Origin: a virus
Lineage: Duplodnaviria > Caudoviricetes
DNA length: 26,410 nt
IMG/VR virus record: IMGVR_UViG_3300027522_000029
Span: 1-26,410 of that record
Strand: one strand, 5' to 3'
A program made the position numbers and the translations under genes. This document shows, piece by piece, positions 21,301 through 26,410 of this stretch; within the stretch, counting starts at the first letter, position 1, and each line of letters opens with the position of its first letter. The notes beneath the pieces are model-generated. The model did no database searches. It worked only from the letters and a program-made list of their open reading frames with translations, and was not told the origin of the DNA.

Positions 21301-24300
21301 TTGATTTTGTCGACACAGTTGATATATTTAAAAATAAACTGCCTGGCCTTGCTCAGCAAGAACTTGATTATATTCTACCAATTGACCCAGCGACATACAA
21401 TATTAGCACAACTCGAAATAGTGTTACGTTCTCTGAAACAGGCGGATGGAACAATGAGAAACTTGGCAGAGTTTGGTGGGACTTATCTACTTGTAGAGTT
21501 ATTGAATACGAACAAGGCGACATTGATTATCGCGTCCAACATTGGAACCAGTTCTTCCCAGGATCTAGTATTAACATTTACGAATGGGTAGAATCTGATG
21601 TATTGCCAAGTGAACACGTTAGTAGTGGATTATTAGGAACACCTAAGTTTCAAGACGATAGTAACTATTGTACTGCTCCGTATTATAATAGTATTACAAA
21701 CTCAACTACAATACGGTATTATTACTGGGTAACTGATATTAACACGTTCCCGAGCGATGAGCGTAGACAACTTAGTACTGAGGGAGTTCGACAGCTTATT
21801 GAAAATCCTATTTCAACAGGAAGTAAGTACCTGAGTGTTGTAGCACCAAATACTGTTGTCCTTAATAACCTAACAAATAGTTTTTCAGATAAAAATACTG
21901 TACTTAGTATTAACTATGACGTTGTTAAAAACGAAGGAATAGTGCATTCAGAGTTTGACTTAGTCAGTGAAGGTGATCCTGGCCAAGTAATTCCTGCTAG
22001 AATACAAAGCAAGATTATTGACAGTTTAGCTGGTTCAGACGCAACTGGCGCTGTTGTTCCAGATCCAATCCTAAGTGTGGGCGATAAGTATGGCATCAGT
22101 ATCCGTCCACGCCAGTCGTTGTTTACAGACAGACAACAAGCACTAAAGACATTTATTGATTACTGTAATAAAGTTTTCAAAACAACCCCTATTGCAAGAC
22201 AGTATACCTTAGATACACTATTCCTAAGCGACCCTATACCAACAAAAGCTAGCGGTGCGTGGGATAAAAAGGTAGCAGACATAACTACAAGGGATTATTT
22301 AAACCTAGCAACTTTTAATATTGGATATAAAGTTTTAGTTGAATCTGATAGCACAGTTGCTGACGACTGGACTATTTACGAACTTAGAGAAACCAGTACT
22401 AGTATTAGATATTGGTTCCTACTTCGTGTACAGGCTTACAATACCGCCAAGTTTTGGGATTATATAACTTGGTATGCTACTGATTTTGATAGCACTACTA
22501 TCCCAACTTACACAGTAGCAACTGAGACAGACTTATTGACGCTTATTGCTGCGGTGTCAGGAGAGACTGCCAAGGTGCGTAGTAATGATGACGGTAACTT
22601 TAGCTTCTTTAAACTAGGGGATACCGGCACTTGGCAAGAAGTTATTATTGAGAAAGGAACTGTTGAACTAAAGAGTACATTGTATGACTTTGCCAATGCA
22701 GCAAATGGTAGTTATATTGGATTTGACAGCGGTGTTTATGACTTTGAAAAGTTTGACAGAGTTCCACACCAGGAAGTTAGAAATATTGCAACAGCAATCT
22801 TTACTGACATCTTTAAAAATGAACTAGCAATTAAGCGTAACGATCTATTCTTTAGAATGACCGAGTTTGCAATGCAAGAGTTGCATGAAAGCAGCACAGA
22901 CTGGATTGTAAAAACTAGTTTCTTAAAAGTGTTACATAAAGTTAGAAATTTAAACCAGTATCCAACCTACCAACTTGATAATTCAACATTTATTGAAGAG
23001 TATATTAATGAAGTAAAACCTTACCATACCACTATACGTGAGACGGTTGCAAAGTATGATGGTGATGATAAGTTCCAAGGCGATGTAACTGATTTTGACT
23101 TACATGCATTTTATGACAGTACTAATGGACATTTTAGGAAATACAGCGGTGACTACCAGGGAGACGATGTTTCTAGAAGTATCAGTGGCACAGTTGATTC
23201 CCCATGGTCAGACAACTATAGTTACTACTTAGATAGTGTTGTGTTACACAACGGAGGAACAGGATACACTGATAATCCAGTTATTACAGTTAGTGCCCCT
23301 GATCTAACAACAGGAACTCAAGCAGTTGTAACAGCGGTTACCAATGGTTCTACTATTATTCGTGTTACTGTTACTAATAAAGGCAGTGGATATACTAAAA
23401 CTCCGACTATTACCAGTTCAGTTGACAGCAATGGCACTGGATTAGTATTGTTACCAAGGATTAAAAACGATCAAATTAGAGAGTTTGACACAACCATTAA
23501 ATTTGATAGAATTTCATATAGCTCAACCGTTAAAGACTGGGCTGCATCTACAACGTATTCTCACTTAGATCTGATCTCTTACTATAATGCAAATACTAAA
23601 AAGCAAGACGTATATCAAGTTGATGTGACAGGCGGATTTACTAGTGGCACAACATTCACTGTTGAAGATACTACAGGCGCAGTTGCTCTTGTGGTATATG
23701 CTGACGCTAGTCTAGCAAGCTCAGCAGACAGAATTGCGGCATACTATGCTCCAACAGAAGGCATGGTTGGCGACGATTTATCTTTACTCCAATCAGGCAC
23801 AGGATACGAAAGCAATAAAGTATCTGGAATAGGATTTGACAGAGAGCCAGGATTTGACGATGCAAGTTTTGATAATGTAGGGTTTGATGACTTTGAAATT
23901 GATATAAACGGACTAACAGTGTTAGGCGGTTCCAATGCACTTGACACTACTATCTCTAGCGTGTTTACAGATGCTGCACTTGGTACACGGCCAGAAGATA
24001 TTAATATAGATGGCGGCGGCTTTGTTGACATATATGCAAGTCATGCTCCTGAAGAAGTAGTTCCTGGTATTGTATTTGATAATTTAGACATGGAAGTATA
24101 CACTGATCCAAGTGATGATTTTGCTGGTGACGGAAATAGCTTTACTACAGTTTCTAGATCTTATACTGCTGACGGCATAGAAAAACAATTCTCATATGCT
24201 GGAACATCTCAGCGGGAACAAGTTGACTTCTTGATAGTATACGTTGGCGCGACTAGATCATATAACTTTACTGCTGATTTCGAACATAGGACAATAACGC

Positions 24301-25964
24301 TTAATACAGTTCCAACAGCTAACACCAATATCTACATTTATGGTTATGGAGTCACTGGTGAAAAAATTGTTTACGAAAAATCATTTATCGGAGATGGTAG
24401 CACTCTTGCATTTACTTTGGGTCTTAACTTTGACAGATTTAAACAAAGTTTGGTACTTAGAGATGGTGTAAATATTGAACACACTATTACTGAAGGATCA
24501 ATTGGTAGATCTATACTTACAACTTCCGATGTTAGTAGTGACGGATCACTAATACATGTTATTATTAGTAGTAGGGATACAGACAAATCAGCGTTTACAT
24601 TTGGAGAATCACAAGAGATTACGCTAGATGGCAGTTCTTTAGTTTATAGTTTAACAGACTCATTTGATCCAGGGTTTAGCAACGCAATAACTGGCAATGT
24701 AATTGTTGAACTAAACGGTCATAGATTGCGACCTGCTAATGCAGCACATTATATACTAGATGGGTCAACTACAGCATTTAGAACACCAGTAACTGCTGGA
24801 GAGACTGTAACAAACGTATCTACAGGAGATATTGCAGTTTCAAGGATTGATGCGGCAACAAATACTACATTTAATTTGCTTAATACCCAGGACTATACTA
24901 TAACTAGTCAAGAAGATACTGACAGTACTCTGTTTTACAGAGTCAACTTATTAGATCCTCATAGTTTTTCAAATGATACACTAGTAGTGTCAGTTCGCAA
25001 TGCTAACGAATACTTTATTGATAGTACTGCAAACACAATTAGACTAGATAGTAGTGTAAGTTTTAGTGCTAATGATAAACTTCGTGTTACTAGCTTTAAT
25101 AACTATGATCCTCTCCGTATACAAACTAAAGTATACATTGGAAAAGGTTCAGAAGTTACACAAAGCATTGATCAGTTTGATCAAGTAGCATTCGATAGTG
25201 CCTCTTTTGACAGACTAGCAATAGGCGGCAATGCGGTAAGTAAATATGGAATGGATCGTGTTCCAACAGATACTGATAACTTGTGGATTACTTTAGATGG
25301 AGTAAGACTACATGCTGGCGAGTACGCCGTTAGTAATACTGGGAAGATTGACTTACTAAACCAAACAGTAGGCGCCGCAAGTGAAATTATTGTAACACAC
25401 TTCAGTGAAAAAACTATTGAGCCTACTATTGGCTACAGAATGGTTAACAATATGTTAGGCAACTACGAGTACTTTAGGATATCAACAGATGGTGCTACTA
25501 AATTAACAACAGATGTTCTTCCAACAGATACTAAGATATATCTTAAAGATGCTAGTAAACTTCCTCAGCCAAGTACTGATTCTAAAATTCCAGGTGTAGT
25601 ATATGTTGGTAATGAAAGAATTACATACTGGCAGATTAGTTACGAAGAAAACTATATTACTCAGGTTAGACGTGCTACAAATGGAACACGATTTGCTGGT
25701 ATCCATAGGGCTGGAACAGAGGTATACGATACCACTAATGCACAGAAGTTGCCACAATCAAATACACATACACAGACATGGTATACAGTTGGCGCATCAA
25801 CTGCCGCAAACGGATCTGGATTACAAAGCTCGTTGAGTTCAAATGCTAAGTTCCTTAAAGCTTCTGAAACGTTTGTTCCTAACTACCTGCAGGAATTAGA
25901 GAATCCAAAGTATTTGATAGATGGATATGTAGCAGAGTTTTATGTTGCAGATTTAGAATTATAG
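12312..25964 (+). CDS. Giant (4550 aa) multidomain virion/baseplate protein, positional equivalent of gp7; contains FG-GAP-type propeller, repeated beta-sandwich modules and CBM-like motifs
   Basis: Uninterrupted 13.6-kb ORF coupled to gp6 by TAATG. Contains seven FG...GAP-like blades (~19190-21190), GxGY T..P.IT repeats (~23250-23420) like those of marine myophage virion proteins, and a gp7-like YINEVKPYHT motif (~23000). Confidence 0.75.
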   Translation: MAIRKTQQLLPEVFRTSKNKKFLNATLDQLISEDNKIKVNGFIGRKSAANFQKGDNYLVETSAFRQNYQLEPGVIYEDASGTVQSVSSINDALSTIRYNNGSTANQDTLYRQQYYNWSGYVDLDKLINYGEYFWLPGGPDSVQVFADTIDTTQDFTVLREGTTYAQIEYDTVGYDEGPFDERTLSVDTGGLNYRFDDSTTTPNPVIYLARGGEYTFKVDQDGVPFWIQTEIGTSGVSKTQKNISTRDIFGTVNNGEDDGIITWRVPHTDAQDRFTSMTVDADVDVATDLVYTKIHNQSLSVFLAAYPTGIDGLTEINGKTLVFANQSLDETDWAGLSVAERYSVFNITVSSINDVDTIVLSYLKDITSGNKVRVKQGNVYANKQLWKNASGQLELIPPITASQTEFFYQDGKDANRFGKIVLVDQGDSAVIDINQDVIGRETYTSPNGVAFTNGLKVEFDNSVTPDTFQNTVFYVEGVGTSIKLVSETSLSTPETYAVTENEPYDSENFDVGGFEASLNSPTLQDYIVINRASLDNNAWSRGNRWFHRSVLADTAIYNKFTLVINDTARAKRPIIEFDAGLQLFNTGTTSQTPVSVVDTEETDAFSNVNGKTGYFADGINLTPGVTVCFSADPDVKQNIYQVSLIDQDSNLATDPIINLTQIGTIKDGDCLLSNTGTTNQGNLFYYTSLTDTWTLGQQKTKINQEPLFDVFDPQYVSFSDTTKYPSSGFIGSKLFSYKRNTNSGADIILGFGLSYRNINNVGDILFENNYVNDKFTYTKANVGAVDVIVRSGHVHKNSELADLVTRELKNGWTKVLSESRQWQQVQYTVDAELFSFEIGAYPKVDNDQVTLQVFVNGDFQPASNYVQLITNEKYYVSFVTALAQEDVVLIRAYSETVNPLGFYETPSNLENNANNDDFKELTLGQLRNHFVQLTREIPTLTGTSLGTSNARDLDYKKYPGKIQQHSAGVTLPHYLLAQENNSLIESLRFGMEEYTRFKNRLIDNINRLDIDLRSPATALDNILAFMTGVKTSDFPFYYSDMLPWGSQTTTTTITLDQTTEKVFEFTTQFDLTEISNRGVLVYITKDTNVKTQLIQGLDYTFDSIEPAITLNSLVALAVGDIIEIVEYSNTDGSFIPPTPTKMGLYPKFRPAITLDDTYQTGTSTGTGPFKIYATADSRYSQRAQGVSGWFYPLYTTNAAAQAADVGNAAHAHRFVGSDRLFYMPNSAANHGAVNTDGYTEYENYTPVIQGHDGSRWVAYKDRRDDIILEFEKRVYNNIKTQYDAQTFDIAEVTPGYFRSSFTDLEQTTQIHTQYISSWANKNALDISTNTVHDANNSFTWNYSDAVVAGTTTRLPGFWRGIYHWIYDTETPHLTPWEMLGIYEKPDWWDARYGVAPYTRGNRVLWEDLEAGKIYNGSGRDATHTINLLRVRTGLTNMIPTNDQGQLLAPNQYLTQGAISTNTERSWRIGDYAPVEAAWRRSSEMPFAMQIISALKRPAKYMTLLWDTNLVEYNKDYDQILQRYKSYRASIAAFRVNGVVQTNSTVVDRVEGYNQFISNFFQYTSLNLVALRSTIQNLKLKLIYAVGGFTDLTLSKMLIESSSPSSTGSNIFIPDENMSVYLNKSTPLERVFYSGVSIIKRANGYEIRGYDTKNPFFKIVPSIRSDKKSIITVGSASAVIYSDSLNYITSVPYGTVIASVQQVCDFLIAYARYLKVKGFTFDTVNSDGKTVDFENTVSEFLFWTQQGWGNNSVFGASPAYKTLVIDRELTTLDDLSKTGSLKNTDSKAIRPTQYNVERIDNRTTITVDDSKDYLYAAQVDPIQYEHYIVLDNTTIFNDIIYQPELGNRQARVKFVGYKSGSWNGTLHAPGFIINKNEFNVWTQNTDYKKADIVTHNKKLFVATDNHEGQSKFDFNNWRPVDNMKTGMLPNITQKVDRFNKFYDFNETNLENTLDQAAKGQIGFRKRDYLDQLGLDDVSQVKFYQGMIKTKGTPNVIDKLIGANLTNTVSGTKSLDQEITFYEEWGFRVGEYGSIDSNQVIDLVIDEARVQENQTVVQLLDSGDTADSDYYTFKKKDIYKLPNNFSKNIFFTRDANVKKTDIVGAGHPRLDDVSYTLFDLNNIAELNIDIDKIGRGTTIWTAKNDFDWNVYRVTEVGVEISEVAQGANGFITLTATANHGLVKNDIVLIKTNNEVVKGFKTVSSIDSPRTFNVSIGNDVEIDDITNLRLPIFKLVSSRFQTIASIADTTPLFGWDEDEVVWIDYDENQLWAAFKKQEPWDFNKLIFNIDSSGSANNGSSLAISDDSLNVFSGAPNQNNGVVHPYLSDDVGIYNPGSTLAPATIGNDISGFGTASVAGKTWAAFGAPNSVSSDGLVIVYQRASNGIYDSKQCLGIGPHSNNSPKFGFNLAMSKDDRYLFVSAPGENTVYCYAQKVIATVDEEVQTVTGTASSTTAFTLTWTPSSVYSLHILDENSKEYVPYKDYNINGAVLTFTTAPANGLKVVVREGTHYVLVDTITGSSSATGDQFGFSIDCDTAGDTLVVGAPYAEVTNSSSASITDAGEAYLFHHIAEKFTANGTVFAFTTTNTLPEQFYVEVDGVLQTLTDGGDVGGLDTDSSTNRYSVSNKTITFRYIPASGSIVKVYTGVFAEIQLLNQLSTSNEPTDSENFGFDVSIDAYGAIVAVGGPGEDELNPNTGSTSIFIDEGLRFGSVTTQNLNVGTFAVQNDSVFIDDFEVRITLNTSADSTGLVDDINNLNLTTIVAETIGTTNLLITGSAGVANKKLKVRPGTGDTFRARAEVEPFKFTQKLNHPLLAENENFGRVLEFDKYIPLDSVNEQRLVISSDRASTQLRMGLDRDTDTNSATHDEFTTTFDADSTKYIDKVSQSGAAYIYDLLDSSVTPGLVQSISNPPKFAFGQQMQNTKINELDQFGGSLAINREKLFVGSPADNEWLTNAGSFYYFQNATDTSTWEKTRVQTPKVDPDVINRIVTYDKTNNQIIDFVDTVDIFKNKLPGLAQQELDYILPIDPATYNISTTRNSVTFSETGGWNNEKLGRVWWDLSTCRVIEYEQGDIDYRVQHWNQFFPGSSINIYEWVESDVLPSEHVSSGLLGTPKFQDDSNYCTAPYYNSITNSTTIRYYYWVTDINTFPSDERRQLSTEGVRQLIENPISTGSKYLSVVAPNTVVLNNLTNSFSDKNTVLSINYDVVKNEGIVHSEFDLVSEGDPGQVIPARIQSKIIDSLAGSDATGAVVPDPILSVGDKYGISIRPRQSLFTDRQQALKTFIDYCNKVFKTTPIARQYTLDTLFLSDPIPTKASGAWDKKVADITTRDYLNLATFNIGYKVLVESDSTVADDWTIYELRETSTSIRYWFLLRVQAYNTAKFWDYITWYATDFDSTTIPTYTVATETDLLTLIAAVSGETAKVRSNDDGNFSFFKLGDTGTWQEVIIEKGTVELKSTLYDFANAANGSYIGFDSGVYDFEKFDRVPHQEVRNIATAIFTDIFKNELAIKRNDLFFRMTEFAMQELHESSTDWIVKTSFLKVLHKVRNLNQYPTYQLDNSTFIEEYINEVKPYHTTIRETVAKYDGDDKFQGDVTDFDLHAFYDSTNGHFRKYSGDYQGDDVSRSISGTVDSPWSDNYSYYLDSVVLHNGGTGYTDNPVITVSAPDLTTGTQAVVTAVTNGSTIIRVTVTNKGSGYTKTPTITSSVDSNGTGLVLLPRIKNDQIREFDTTIKFDRISYSSTVKDWAASTTYSHLDLISYYNANTKKQDVYQVDVTGGFTSGTTFTVEDTTGAVALVVYADASLASSADRIAAYYAPTEGMVGDDLSLLQSGTGYESNKVSGIGFDREPGFDDASFDNVGFDDFEIDINGLTVLGGSNALDTTISSVFTDAALGTRPEDINIDGGGFVDIYASHAPEEVVPGIVFDNLDMEVYTDPSDDFAGDGNSFTTVSRSYTADGIEKQFSYAGTSQREQVDFLIVYVGATRSYNFTADFEHRTITLNTVPTANTNIYIYGYGVTGEKIVYEKSFIGDGSTLAFTLGLNFDRFKQSLVLRDGVNIEHTITEGSIGRSILTTSDVSSDGSLIHVIISSRDTDKSAFTFGESQEITLDGSSLVYSLTDSFDPGFSNAITGNVIVELNGHRLRPANAAHYILDGSTTAFRTPVTAGETVTNVSTGDIAVSRIDAATNTTFNLLNTQDYTITSQEDTDSTLFYRVNLLDPHSFSNDTLVVSVRNANEYFIDSTANTIRLDSSVSFSANDKLRVTSFNNYDPLRIQTKVYIGKGSEVTQSIDQFDQVAFDSASFDRLAIGGNAVSKYGMDRVPTDTDNLWITLDGVRLHAGEYAVSNTGKIDLLNQTVGAASEIIVTHFSEKTIEPTIGYRMVNNMLGNYEYFRISTDGATKLTTDVLPTDTKIYLKDASKLPQPSTDSKIPGVVYVGNERITYWQISYEENYITQVRRATNGTRFAGIHRAGTEVYDTTNAQKLPQSNTHTQTWYTVGASTAANGSGLQSSLSSNAKFLKASETFVPNYLQELENPKYLIDGYVAEFYVADLEL

Positions 25965-25968
25965 AATG

Positions 25969-25976
25969 AATAAATA
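25969..25976 (+). promoter_or_regulatory. Putative late promoter (AATAAATA) upstream of the tail fibre gene
   Basis: gAATAAATAt in the 34-bp gap, ending 22 nt upstream of ATG 25999. Confidence 0.6.
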
Positions 25977-25998
25977 TAGTTAATAAGATGGAAAAATA

Positions 25999-26410
25999 AT
26001 GGCAATCGTATTAAGAAGCAACCTAAGTGTTCCCCTAACCCACGCAGAATTGGACGGGAACTTTACTGACCTAAACAGTAGAACTACTGCGATAGAGGCA
26101 AACTACGTTAAAACCATCAACGGCGTAGCGGCTACTAGCAATGCAACTACACTTACTACAGTAAATATTACAGAAAATTCTGCAAATTTATACTATACAG
26201 ATGCTAGAGCAAGAGCTGCACTTAGTGTAACAGGAGGCAACTTAGAATATAACAGTAGTACAGGCCTTATTACATTAACTGACCTTGAAATCCGAGATCA
26301 ACTTAGCGCAACTACAGCAACAGGTGTTACTTATAATAGCTCTACAGGTGTTACTGCACTAGCAAGTATTCCCAATAGTAGTTTAGCTAAGAGTACTATT
26401 ATATCTAAAG
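25999..26410 (+). CDS. Tail fibre-like protein (N-terminal part; runs off the window edge)
   Basis: Not in the ORF track. Manual translation: MAIVLRSNLSVPLTHAELDGNFTDLNSRTTAIEANYVKTINGV...NLYYTDARARAALSVTGGNLEYNSSTGLITL...GVTYNSSTGVTAL, open to the end. The LR...PLT..ELD.NF..L start and the NLYYTDARARAA / YNSSTG repeats resemble fibre proteins of aquatic phages. Confidence 0.75.
   Translation, partial: MAIVLRSNLSVPLTHAELDGNFTDLNSRTTAIEANYVKTINGVAATSNATTLTTVNITENSANLYYTDARARAALSVTGGNLEYNSSTGLITLTDLEIRDQLSATTATGVTYNSSTGVTALASIPNSSLAKSTIISK

Noticed and set aside
6044-25964. Stop-codon reassignment or TAG readthrough (TAG ends the hub, gp25 and giant genes; two have a nearby in-frame TAA)
   Set aside because: Very long ORFs are intact under the standard code and coding density is near complete. 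Readthrough at 8641 would run out of frame over gp6.

Overview
AT-rich DNA from a large T4-related (probably jumbo-type) contractile-tailed myophage. The left ~2.1 kb (minus strand) carries a gp55-like late sigma factor followed by the gp47/gp46 (Mre11/Rad50-like) recombination nuclease genes. A 70-bp intergenic region separates these from a divergent, tightly packed plus-strand baseplate module. In order it encodes a tube-initiator-like protein, a gp53-like LysM wedge protein, a gp27-like hub, a gp5-like spike with a C-terminal lysozyme-like domain, gp25, an enlarged gp6 with a poly-Ser tail, a 4550-aa multidomain baseplate protein, and the start of a tail fibre gene. The most interesting observations are: (1) a candidate late-promoter motif AATAAATA in three intergenic gaps, one copy lying inside the 17-bp spacer of the opposite-strand sigma70-type promoter of the late sigma gene itself, a possible autoregulatory early/late switch; (2) a seven-bladed FG-GAP/integrin-alpha-like propeller with inserted domains in the giant protein; (3) a 5-residue-period aromatic-Asp motif dispersed five times through that protein. 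All functional calls come from motif recognition and gene order; no database searches were run. I saw no tRNA, rRNA, CRISPR array, integrase or mobile element.
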